Position numbers and translations under genes: made by a program
Shown here: positions 39,821 through 48,995 of the stretch, one piece after another
How positions within the stretch are numbered: the stretch's first letter is position 1
Layout of the letters: each line of letters starts with the position of its first letter
The notes under the pieces: generated by a model
The model's database searches: none
Seen by the model: the letters and a program-made list of their open reading frames with translations, nothing else
What the model was told of the DNA's origin: nothing
Assembly (NCBI GenBank): GCA_963729895.1
Contig: CAVSQB010000003.1
Span: 128,001 to 192,000, forward strand
Origin: an uncultured Fibrobacterota bacterium
Lineage (GTDB): Bacteria > Fibrobacterota > Chitinivibrionia > Chitinivibrionales > FEN-1185
Length of the DNA stretch: 64,000 nt
Direction: 5' to 3'

Positions 39821-42800
39821 GATAAACCTGCCCCCGTTGAAAGAATGAGTGCATAGTTATAGCCCACGTCGGTGCTTGCAAGGGCAATCGCGTAGCGCGG
39901 CGCAGAAGGTATTTGCCTTTTATCAATATCAGCCGCGCCCGTATTCTGGGGCCACAGCCCGTTGCCGTCACGCAGGGCCTCAAGCGCGCAGGCGATGGTT
40001 ACCAGAACAGACGCGGTTTCGATGTATCCCGTATTGAACGTGGTTGCAGCCAGGGGAACGCCCGGCATTGCCCGTGCTGCCAGCACATCGAGCACTTTCT
40101 TGTCCTGGCAGTTTCCTTGCGGGGCCCAGAGGGCAAGTCCCATGTCCCGCCACTGCAGCCCGGCCCGGGAGAGCGCGACGGCGCAGGCATGGTTGAGGCC
40201 GTCGCAATCCAGGCTTTGGCGCGAAAATTCTTTACCGTCAATGCTCATGCCGTAGGAAAGCACCTCGGCAAGAACCGGAGCGCCGCGTTCGGCAGCGCTT
40301 TCCATCGTCTCGAGCACGAGCGCCGCGGCGCCCTCGGCAATCACCTTGCGCCTGGGCTCGGCAAGGTCGAGCGCATACGATGATTCGGCCGCGCCCTGCC
40401 TGAGAAAGCCGATCAGGTCGTAATTGTAAAACATTTGCCGGTATACCTCGTCGGACCCGGCCGCCAGCATCGCCTTTGCGCGGCGTTGGCGCAGCGCATT
40501 GTACGCGTACGCAGCACTTGCAAGTCCGGCATGAGGGCCCGGAGCAACCGTCATGTTCACGCCCCTGATGCAGAGCGCATTTGAAACCCAGCCTGCGGTG
40601 GAGTTGGCGGTAATGTTTGAAAAACAATTGATGTCGGCCTGATAGTCGTCCGATTTGAAAACGCTGTTCATGTGGTCTGATTCGGGCGGGCCGTTGCATA
40701 CGCCCATCACGATGCCGATATCGTCGCAGTTCTTCTGACCGATGTGCAGGCCGGCGCTTTCGAGCGAAAGCCTGGACGCGGCGGTTGCGTACCTGCTGAT
40801 GGCGTTCATGCCGGAAAAGTCGAGCCTCCGGTCGATGTTGTGCGCCGTAAACTCCTGCACCAGTCCCGCGAGCTTCGATGCCGACTCCCGGCACCCGAGC
40901 CGGTCCGCCGGACCGATGCCGACGCTCCCTTTTCTCAGCTCGCTCAGCGTTTTTTTGACCCCGAGCCCGAGCGAGGTCACCGTGCCGGTCCCGGTGATAA
41001 CCACCCGGCTCATCTTCCGGGACCGGGGCCGGACCTGAAAATCCCATTTCGCAATACATGCCGCGGCATTGTTGCCGCCGAACGCGTAATTCGCAGAAAT
41101 AAATGCGCCGTACTTTTTTTTCCGCGCGGTGTTGGGAACATAGTCCAGGGTGCAACCGGGCCGGGGCGCGGAGAAATTGAGCGTGGGCGGGACAAAATCT
41201 TCGTTCATGGAAAGCAGGTTGCACGTCGCCTCAAGAATGCCCGTGGTGCCCATGCAGTGGCCGAAGAAAGACTTTGTCGATGTCACGGGGATCTGCGAGG
41301 TCCCGCAGAATTTCGCTATGCCCTTTGATTCGGCGCGGTCGTTGGCGTCGGTGCCGGTGCCGTGCGCATTGATACAGCCGATGTCACCAAGCGCCAGGCC
41401 GGCGTCGGCGAGCGCGTCTGTCAGGGTTTTGTAAACGCCTTCTCCCCGGGGATCTGGCGACGTGGGATGATAGGCGTCAGAGGTAAGCGAATGGCCGGCC
41501 ACTTTTCCGTAGATCCTCACGTGTCGCAGAAGAGCCTGTTCCATGTCTTCGAGCACCCAGAAGACCGAAGCCTCGCCTATGTTAAGTCCCACCGGCAGAG
41601 AAAACGGGGCCGTCCGGCCGGTCGACAACGCCTTGAGGCCGTTGAAGCCGCTGATGTTCGCCACGCACAGGGTGTCCGATCCGCCGACCACAACCGTGGT
41701 ATACAATCCGAGATTGACAAGCGAGGCCGCGAGCCCGAGGGCGCCGGTGGTGGACGAGCACGCCGTGGTGACGATCCACGTCTCGCCGCCGATACCGAGG
41801 CCGCGCGAGAGCGCCTTGCCGAACCCGTAGTACTGGGCCTGCAGGTTCATCTTCTCGTCGAAAACCCTGTTTCCTTTGCAGTGGAGCCATTTGTATTCCT
41901 CCTCCGCCGAAAGAAGGCCGCCGTTGCACGTGCCCAGAACGAGCGCGATGTCGCGGCGTGCGGCCATGGGCCTGGAATCCAATCCTGCGCCGGCAAGCGC
42001 CTGCCGCGCCGAGGCGAGCGCGAACCGCAGGTAGCGGTCATCGTATTCCGAGAGTTCATCTTCGTCAAGATAGTCCCTGGCGTCAAAATCCCGTATCTCA
42101 CCGCCGAGATTGGTGCGGAAATGGCCCGCGTCAAAATGCGTGATGGGCGATAGTCCGTGCCGCCCTTCCCGGAGCGCTGCGGTAATCGAGCCGCAGTCGT
42201 TGCCGATGGGACTCAACACGCCGATGCCCGTCACCGCGGCCTGGCCGCGCACGCCCTGGCGGTTGAGGGGCTTGCCCACCACCTTGCGTCCGTCTTTCCA
42301 CGTGGCGGGCTCCAGGCTTGCCGAATGGGAGTCTTTCTGGAGTTTGTAGAAACTGTTCCACGCGCCCACGAATTCCCCGTACAGTTCGTCCCGCGTCATG
42401 TCGAGCGGCTCGAACACCACGTGCGCGCCGTTGTAATGCGACCAGGTTTTGTCCACGATCCGGTTCTGGCGGTCGAGCCTGTCCCAATGCACGCTCCCGG
42501 GGTATGGCGTGAAAATGAAAAATTCCGAGGTGTGAATGTTTGCCTTGTCGAGGAGCTCCACCGCCCTGTCGCCGATGCCTTTTTTGTCCCAGTCGCGGCC
42601 GATGGCGCAGGACGCAAAAAAGTTGATCTCGCGGTCCTGGAGCTTCTTCACAAGATCAAACAGCATCTGCCGCTCTTTGGCCTCGCCCGCGATCGCACGT
42701 ATCGACACCGGGTCCACGTTGAGCGTGCAGTAAAAATTCCGTACGCCGGCTGCCGCCATGAGATCGAGGAAAACACCGTCGGTGTTGAGGGCCATGGTGG

Positions 42801-43566
42801 AGGAGACGAAGTATTTCTTCTTGAGCGGGACAAGCGCCTTTAAAAGCGCACGCGCATAGTCAACCATTTTCCGCTGTGTAAAGAAGAGGGTGTCGTCGGC
42901 AAGGTACACGTTTTCGTACTTGAGCTGGCGAATCTCCTCGACAACTTTATCGATGGGCCTCAACCGGATCTTGCTTCCCATGTGTGCGGGAACGGCGCAC
43001 ATGGCGCAGGTGTACGGGCACCCGCGGGTGAGCTGGACAAGGTCTTCGTCCCAGTCGTAGTACGTCTTGGAATAGAACAGGTCGCGCCGCGGGATCGTCA
43101 TGTTTTCCAGGTTGAACGAGCATCCGCCTTTGTAAATCATTTTGAGGCCGCCGGCCGCCGCATCGGCGCAGATGCCGGGCCAGGTAGGCTCGCCTTCGCC
43201 GATATTCACCGAGTCTGCATGCGCGAGGCATTCCTCGGCCATGAAGGACGGAAAAAAACCTCCCATGATCACCTTGACGCCGCGGGCGCGGAACCCGTCC
43301 GCCAGTTCGAACGCCCGCGTGGCCTGGGGCGTAAAGCAGTTGATCGCAACAAGGTCGGTTGGTGCCGAAAAGTCAACTGCGTCGCCGGCGTTGTCGTCGA
43401 TGAGTTCCACCTCGATCCCGGCAGGGGTTATCGACGCGAGAATAGGAATGCCCAGAGACGGCGGCGTGGTAAAATCGCCGAGAAAATAATCGATGAGGCC
43501 CCGGTCGAGCTCGGGATTATTAGTGAGGAACTTCTCGAATCGCGGATAGACAAAGGTAATTTTCAC
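39817..43566 (-). CDS. Cobalamin-dependent radical SAM domain fused to KS + CLF-like didomain (~1249 aa)
   Basis: B12-binding DLVAINCFT..VIMGG..GEGE; RGCPYTCAMC; TPYPGS; then AAVTGIG, TACSST, NAHGTGT, GHCMG, NYAFGG; then RVVITGTG Cys-less KS; GTG start 43566. Confidence 0.9.
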   Translation of the reverse strand: MKITFVYPRFEKFLTNNPELDRGLIDYFLGDFTTPPSLGIPILASITPAGIEVELIDDNAGDAVDFSAPTDLVAINCFTPQATRAFELADGFRARGVKVIMGGFFPSFMAEECLAHADSVNIGEGEPTWPGICADAAAGGLKMIYKGGCSFNLENMTIPRRDLFYSKTYYDWDEDLVQLTRGCPYTCAMCAVPAHMGSKIRLRPIDKVVEEIRQLKYENVYLADDTLFFTQRKMVDYARALLKALVPLKKKYFVSSTMALNTDGVFLDLMAAAGVRNFYCTLNVDPVSIRAIAGEAKERQMLFDLVKKLQDREINFFASCAIGRDWDKKGIGDRAVELLDKANIHTSEFFIFTPYPGSVHWDRLDRQNRIVDKTWSHYNGAHVVFEPLDMTRDELYGEFVGAWNSFYKLQKDSHSASLEPATWKDGRKVVGKPLNRQGVRGQAAVTGIGVLSPIGNDCGSITAALREGRHGLSPITHFDAGHFRTNLGGEIRDFDARDYLDEDELSEYDDRYLRFALASARQALAGAGLDSRPMAARRDIALVLGTCNGGLLSAEEEYKWLHCKGNRVFDEKMNLQAQYYGFGKALSRGLGIGGETWIVTTACSSTTGALGLAASLVNLGLYTTVVVGGSDTLCVANISGFNGLKALSTGRTAPFSLPVGLNIGEASVFWVLEDMEQALLRHVRIYGKVAGHSLTSDAYHPTSPDPRGEGVYKTLTDALADAGLALGDIGCINAHGTGTDANDRAESKGIAKFCGTSQIPVTSTKSFFGHCMGTTGILEATCNLLSMNEDFVPPTLNFSAPRPGCTLDYVPNTARKKKYGAFISANYAFGGNNAAACIAKWDFQVRPRSRKMSRVVITGTGTVTSLGLGVKKTLSELRKGSVGIGPADRLGCRESASKLAGLVQEFTAHNIDRRLDFSGMNAISRYATAASRLSLESAGLHIGQKNCDDIGIVMGVCNGPPESDHMNSVFKSDDYQADINCFSNITANSTAGWVSNALCIRGVNMTVAPGPHAGLASAAYAYNALRQRRAKAMLAAGSDEVYRQMFYNYDLIGFLRQGAAESSYALDLAEPRRKVIAEGAAALVLETMESAAERGAPVLAEVLSYGMSIDGKEFSRQSLDCDGLNHACAVALSRAGLQWRDMGLALWAPQGNCQDKKVLDVLAARAMPGVPLAATTFNTGYIETASVLVTIACALEALRDGNGLWPQNTGAADIDKRQIPSAPRYAIALASTDVGYNYALILSTGAGLS

Positions 43567-43844
43567 GAGGTACTCGCCTTTGAAAATGAAAAAAACCTTC
43601 CCCGGGAACATAAGGGGAGGTGATAAAAATAAACCATGTATACAGGTAGATTGGATTCTAAAGGATTTCCACAGGTTTTGAATCAGGAGGAAATAGATTG
43701 AAGAACCCCGAAGCAAGCTTCGAGGAAAAGGCGGACGCAACGTAGTGACAAAGGGCAAAAGGCATAATGGAAGGTGCGAAGCACCATTACCACACCCTTA
43801 ATAATGAAATGACAATGCGCTCGCTGTGGGATTCAACGTGATAG

Positions 43845-45950
43845 TCACCTGTGACGTTCCGACCCCATAGTAACCTTCAATACCTTTGACCAGCCATCGC
43901 CGGACACCCGCAGCAATACGATGTTGTTCGAAACCATGCCTTGGTAAATCGGGAGACTCTGCGTTCCTTTTGCGAGATATCTATCCACTAGGATTTTCTG
44001 CAGCCTCCCATCGATTCCAAATTCTTCTATGCGTACGCGCTGCGAAGAACCCAGCACAAGTGTTATTCTATTTCCGGTTATTGTTGCCGCGCTTTTCATT
44101 CCCGCTGTGCCGGTTGCCCGTAACAAGGAGCCGTTAACCGAAACCGGCCTGTCGAGCCGGTACACGAACCCGCTGTCGATAATGGCAAACACGTATTTCT
44201 CCGTCGGCAGGAGCGCTGCAACTTTCTTTGCGGGAAGACCTTGGCCCAAAACCGTCCAGTTTTTTCCGGTGTCGGGCGAGGTATAGACCCCGGTAGAGGT
44301 TACGACGTACAAATCCGTCCCGTACGAGGTGAAAGAACTCACCGTGCCTTCCCATTTCAACGCTATCGCAACCGGATTCCATGAAGCGCCCTCGTCAAAT
44401 GATTGAATCATTGATTCAACGGCTAACGAATCGATAATGCCGTCCCCAATGGCAACCACGAGGTCTTTCCCGAGCGATGTCATGATCGGAATGCCGGACG
44501 GTTTGGGCATCTTCTTCCAAGTAGTTCCGCTGTCTGCAGTGAGGCGCAGATCCGCACCCGTCTGGACAAGCACTCCGCTGCGGGTAAGGAACAGCTTTCC
44601 CAGCTCCGGATATCCGCACATGTCCCTGGGCAGAGAATCGCCGCAGGCCGTCCAGGTTGCCCCGCTGTCGATGCTCCTCAGCAAAGTCAACCCGCCGCCC
44701 TTCATCATGAATGCGCCGTTTGCCACCATGCCTTCCGCCGCCCGGAGAAAGGCATCATTGTCGTTGGCGGACGGCTGGATCGGAATGGTCCACCCCGCGT
44801 CCGCCCATTGTGACACGTAGCCTGACGCATAATAGTAGTTGTCAACAAATTGATTATAGGGAGCTGCATACGAGGCCAAAACGGTGTCTCTGCGGCATCC
44901 AAGCACGTTAAACAGATGAGGAGGCATTCCCTGGGAAGAAGATGTCCATTCCGATGCACCCTGCGCCCGGCCGAGTATTCCGTTCCAGTTGGTGCCGGCA
45001 AGAAGCGTGGTGCCCGCCCGGCGAAAGCATGTCCATGAGAGAAGCGACGAAAAATCAATTTTCCGCAAGGTTGATCCCCTGTCGTCACTCGCCATTGTGC
45101 CGGAGTCGGTTTGCAGGTAACAGATGCCGCCCGATTCTTGGATATAATATACCCCAACAGATTTGGTCCATGTCTTCCCCTTGTCAAAAGACCTGAACAG
45201 CGAATCGGGGTGTATTGCGGCAAGAAGCGTGTCTCCGCCATGCACCATTCCGGCAACACTGCAATAATTCAAGACCGGGTTCCAGGTTTTCCCGTTATCC
45301 GCTGACCGTGCTATGCAGTTTGCCGTGGCAAGCACAAACTCGGAATTGTACCTGACCAGCACGCCGGCGGAACAGAAACCGATCGGGTATTCAGGGGAAC
45401 CACCCAAATAACTGATGCTCGTCCAGGCGCTGGATTGGGCGTTTCGCCGGTAGAAGTTGTAGCCGTTAAGCGCGAATATCGTGTCGTGATCAACGGTGTA
45501 GGCCCAGCAGTCCGACAATGTGTCGAAATTCCATGTTTTTCCGGAATCCGATGAGCAGATGAGTTTTCTTGCATAGCCGCAATCCTGCGGAGGGCCGAAG
45601 TAACAGATTACAGGTTGACCCCAACACTCGGGAATCTCCACAGAAAAAGGAATTCCAAGTCCTGCAATCATTTCGCTTCCGCATTCTGAAAACGAATACA
45701 CCTGCCTCTGATAAGAAAACGGCGCGGAAAATACCTGCGCCCAGGCCAGGGGGTTGGGAGAAGACCGGTAAATGCAGCCATCATCAGTTCCCGCATACAG
45801 GTACCCTCGGATTGAATCAATGGAGGAAATTGTTGCGCTGGAGAAATCCGGGCCCTGCAGTGAACTCCACAACGGAACCTGGCCCGCTGCACACAGCGTC
45901 GAAAAAGAAAAAATCAACCATGTGACCGCGCATCCAAAAATCAGCTTCAT
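43845..45950 (-). CDS. Secreted BNR/Asp-box beta-propeller protein with T9SS-like tail
   Basis: GGAGG RBS, signal peptide, multiple SxDxGxTW repeats, C-terminal FGIDGRL. Confidence 0.8.
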   Translation of the reverse strand: MKLIFGCAVTWLIFSFSTLCAAGQVPLWSSLQGPDFSSATISSIDSIRGYLYAGTDDGCIYRSSPNPLAWAQVFSAPFSYQRQVYSFSECGSEMIAGLGIPFSVEIPECWGQPVICYFGPPQDCGYARKLICSSDSGKTWNFDTLSDCWAYTVDHDTIFALNGYNFYRRNAQSSAWTSISYLGGSPEYPIGFCSAGVLVRYNSEFVLATANCIARSADNGKTWNPVLNYCSVAGMVHGGDTLLAAIHPDSLFRSFDKGKTWTKSVGVYYIQESGGICYLQTDSGTMASDDRGSTLRKIDFSSLLSWTCFRRAGTTLLAGTNWNGILGRAQGASEWTSSSQGMPPHLFNVLGCRRDTVLASYAAPYNQFVDNYYYASGYVSQWADAGWTIPIQPSANDNDAFLRAAEGMVANGAFMMKGGGLTLLRSIDSGATWTACGDSLPRDMCGYPELGKLFLTRSGVLVQTGADLRLTADSGTTWKKMPKPSGIPIMTSLGKDLVVAIGDGIIDSLAVESMIQSFDEGASWNPVAIALKWEGTVSSFTSYGTDLYVVTSTGVYTSPDTGKNWTVLGQGLPAKKVAALLPTEKYVFAIIDSGFVYRLDRPVSVNGSLLRATGTAGMKSAATITGNRITLVLGSSQRVRIEEFGIDGRLQKILVDRYLAKGTQSLPIYQGMVSNNIVLLRVSGDGWSKVLKVTMGSERHR

Positions 45951-46033
45951 GTGTTCCTCCCCTTGTTGAGCGGTATCGGGGTGATGTTTAAAGTCGTTTA
46001 CGTGCCCCTGCTCTTGAATGCCTCAGCCCGCGC

Positions 46034-46125
46034 AATCCCCGCGACTTGGCGCGGGGTTAGCGGGCGATTACAAATATCTTTTCCTAAGGCAAGGAAGAAT
46101 CCCCGCCACTTGGGGCGGGGTTCTT
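46034..46125. repeat. Pair of related imperfect palindromes (REP or IS200/605-end-like)
   Basis: AATCCCCGCGACTTGGCGCGGGGTT at 46034 and AATCCCCGCCACTTGGGGCGGGGTT at ~46098. Confidence 0.6.
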
Positions 46126-46209
46126 CAATATACCACCAGGCGCACCGCTATGCAATGGGCCCATCAACAAAACGTTTTCTGTTAGAAAACATTGGAGAAC
46201 AAGAAACCG

Positions 46210-47367
46210 TTAGGGAAAGAGCCACCTGCCGATGCCCTCGATTTCCGGGTTGGCGCCGTTTTTCCAGGGGCCGGGATGCCCGGCAATGTACTCGTGAACC
46301 GAAAGGCCGAGGGCAAGCGGGATGCGCAGCGCGGCAGGGATGCCGGATTCCTCAACGCTTTGCACCTTTACAGGATCAAAATAGGTGGTAAGATAGTCGA
46401 GCAGGGTGAGATTGTTGGCCCCGCCGCCCGACACCCGGATCACTTCGGGCGCCAGTACGTGGCGGTATTCGCGTTTGAAGAATTCGAACGCGGTCCGAGC
46501 CGTGAGAGCGGTGAGCGTGGCGATTTTGTCGTACGGAGAAAGGGCGGCAACAAGCGGCGACTGATAGCTTGCCATGACGTCCTGCAAAAAGGCATGTTTT
46601 GGAGAAGGCCGCAAAAACCATTCCTGGGACGCAAGCACTGTGACGCAGGCGTTGTCCACCGTACCCTTTGCCGCAAACGAGCCATCCCGGTCGAAGCCGT
46701 CGGGGCAACCCGCCTCGCGCGCAGCACGGTCGATGAGGCACGTGCCCGGCCCGATATCGCTGTCGAGCACGGTGGTCATCGCCTGATTGTCAACAACGGT
46801 GATATGCGCGATGATGCCCATGTTGAGGTATATGGATAGGGGCTCCACCTGCTTTGCGATCTTGACGTTGCCCGGAAACAACGGCAAGTGGCCCGCAGTG
46901 CCTGCCAGGACGCCGTGCCGGGCAAAATCGGTGATGACCGGTGCGTCCAGGGACGACGCCAGGAGCTGGCCATCCCCAAGGGACACGTCCCAGCAGCGGG
47001 CCTGCTGCGTGTCGTCCACGAAACCGCTGTACAACAGGCACCTGTTCATCACCGTGCAATGGGGACTACGTATTGACTTGTGAGCATGTGAAAGAACGGC
47101 CTTTGCGCATTCCAGAAACAGGTAGGAAAGCTTCCGGTCGAGCCAAGCTATCTTTCCCATCTCCAGAGCGGCATCCGGCGTAAGCGTCACGGTTTCTATG
47201 ATCTCTTCAACGGAATCGGGATAGGGCAGCACGGCGTGCGCCAGCGACTCCCATGCATCGCCTTCAACGGCTATGTAGATGCCCTGAATGCCGCTCTGCG
47301 GTCCGCCCGCGGACAAAATGAGCATCCGCAGTTTCTTGGTCTTTCTGAGCCTGCCGATGACGTTCAT
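46210..47367 (-). CDS. anmK: Anhydro-N-acetylmuramic acid kinase (divergent)
   Basis: DFAR..AG..G..PL, LNMGIIAHIT, DIGPG..LID, DRDG, SGGGANN. Confidence 0.75.
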   Translation of the reverse strand: MNVIGRLRKTKKLRMLILSAGGPQSGIQGIYIAVEGDAWESLAHAVLPYPDSVEEIIETVTLTPDAALEMGKIAWLDRKLSYLFLECAKAVLSHAHKSIRSPHCTVMNRCLLYSGFVDDTQQARCWDVSLGDGQLLASSLDAPVITDFARHGVLAGTAGHLPLFPGNVKIAKQVEPLSIYLNMGIIAHITVVDNQAMTTVLDSDIGPGTCLIDRAAREAGCPDGFDRDGSFAAKGTVDNACVTVLASQEWFLRPSPKHAFLQDVMASYQSPLVAALSPYDKIATLTALTARTAFEFFKREYRHVLAPEVIRVSGGGANNLTLLDYLTTYFDPVKVQSVEESGIPAALRIPLALGLSVHEYIAGHPGPWKNGANPEIEGIGRWLFP

Positions 47368-47499
47368 GATTGTTTCTCTTTACGGCCGGGCGCGACGAAG
47401 GCGGGACCGCCCAAGACGGCCCGGCATCAATCATAAATAATATATGTAAACACCGGCGGCAACTGGGGAGGAAGCAAAACCTGGAGGCAGAAACGGTTT

Positions 47500-47622
47500 T
47501 CAGAAGCTGGTGAAAGCAATGGACGGTTTTCCATTACCACCACAACTTGAAATCACAATTTGCGATTTCAAGCCATCGGGTTCAACTTTGGATAATTGAA
47601 ATATGACATCTGCGGGGAACCG
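47500..47622 (-). pseudogene. Degenerate ORF6N-domain fragment
   Basis: RFPADVIFQLSKVEPDGLKSQIVISSCGG..IAFT resembles the ORF6N core RFP.DFMFQL..E...LKSQ..S..GG....AFTE; no start, early stop. Confidence 0.55.
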
Positions 47623-47693
47623 GTGAACCTGCTCCGCGCCGTCCGACGGTTTCAGTGTTGATCGCCCAGAATATTGCGTGGCTGATTTTGATG

Positions 47694-48911
47694 TTATTTC
47701 ACACTCATCACCTTCACCGTACTGCTGAATCCCTTTGCATCCATTCTGCAAATACCCCAAACCGGCATCGTATTATTCCCTTCATTCAATCTCAGGTCAT
47801 AATAACCCGCCTGCAGTTCTCTATTTACAAGAGTCGACATAAGGCGCCCTCTGGCGTCGAAAAGACGAACCCGCACCACAGCGCCGGAGTATCCGGCGAT
47901 GCGCGGCACGGCTATCCGGACGCTGGACAGCCCGGCACTGTAGGAAATACCAAACGACGCGGGCGGAGAATTCCTTCTGTCCAAAACTGCGGTTGCCAAA
48001 TCATAAACCGCAGTCAGCGTTGCATTGCCGCTGGTGAGAACCACCTTTGCGGTCTGGGCGGTCGAATCGACCAACACGGCTGTTCCGGCGGTAATTCTCC
48101 ATACCACAAAAATGCTTCCGGAAATCGCAGGCGCGGTCACCTGCACGGTGTCCCCGTAATTGACTGTCGTGTCTCTGTCGGCAACCGGAGCACCGGTTCC
48201 AATGACGTGCGCTACGGACAGCGCAAAGGTGTTTATATTCCACTGCGCGTAAAGCGTCACATTCGCCGTTCCCATGGAAAACGTTGCGCCGCCGGCATAG
48301 CCCGTACCGGTGCCGTTTGCCGCAGTGTTCCACCCCGCAAAGGTGGAACCGGTATTCACGAGACTTCCCGTGTTGCCAAGTACCGTGACCGTAGATCCCT
48401 GCGGGTAGCTGTTCGCATCAGTGGGGACCGTGCCGCCGGTATTACCATTGCCGGCGTAGGTTACCGTATAGACATTTGCGACCAAACTCGCCAGAATAGC
48501 GATTCCGTTAGCTGAATATTTCGGTCCGCCAGATGCATAGGTGACTGTGGCAGGAATCTCTTGGGAGGTTGAAACGTGCCAAACCCTGTATCCGAGGGTG
48601 TCACCCGGCGTGGCGCCGTCAATTGTGCCGGTCTGGGTGTTTTGTCCCCAGACAGTTATGGTGATATTGCTTCCCGTCCACACGCTGGCGCCCACGCACA
48701 AGCTGCCGTCAAATACTCCAATTTCGTCGCCGGTGGCTATGGCGGCCCCACCAACCGTCGGATTGATGGATGCCTGGACCAGCACGGTCATGTTGTTACC
48801 CGTATTTGAGGTGAAAGTAAAATGGGTCTGGCTGTAAACTGTCCCGGCCATTATCAGGGACATGATTGCCGCGCAGCGTGCAGCACTCCTTCCGACTTTT
48901 GAAAACGTCAT
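47694..48911 (-). CDS. Secreted protein: shared N-terminal beta domain, InlB B-repeat (Listeria-Bacteroides repeat), T9SS/FlgD-like tail
   Basis: GGAGG RBS, signal peptide, YTVTY.GNG..G.TFAGWNT..G..Y..VTLYAQW, C-terminal LFDARGRL. Confidence 0.82.
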   Translation of the reverse strand: MTFSKVGRSAARCAAIMSLIMAGTVYSQTHFTFTSNTGNNMTVLVQASINPTVGGAAIATGDEIGVFDGSLCVGASVWTGSNITITVWGQNTQTGTIDGATPGDTLGYRVWHVSTSQEIPATVTYASGGPKYSANGIAILASLVANVYTVTYAGNGNTGGTVPTDANSYPQGSTVTVLGNTGSLVNTGSTFAGWNTAANGTGTGYAGGATFSMGTANVTLYAQWNINTFALSVAHVIGTGAPVADRDTTVNYGDTVQVTAPAISGSIFVVWRITAGTAVLVDSTAQTAKVVLTSGNATLTAVYDLATAVLDRRNSPPASFGISYSAGLSSVRIAVPRIAGYSGAVVRVRLFDARGRLMSTLVNRELQAGYYDLRLNEGNNTMPVWGICRMDAKGFSSTVKVMSVK

Positions 48912-48995
48912 AAAGATCCTCCAGGTTTCGGGGCTGATTCTAATCTTCTTTGCAAGCGCTCTCCTTTAAGTGCCCAAACACGTGTCGCCTTTTCC

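Noticed and set aside
43567..43844. Cobalamin riboswitch upstream of the B12-radical SAM fusion
   Set aside because: No GGGAA / GCCACTG B12-box pattern found on the minus strand; only small hairpins.
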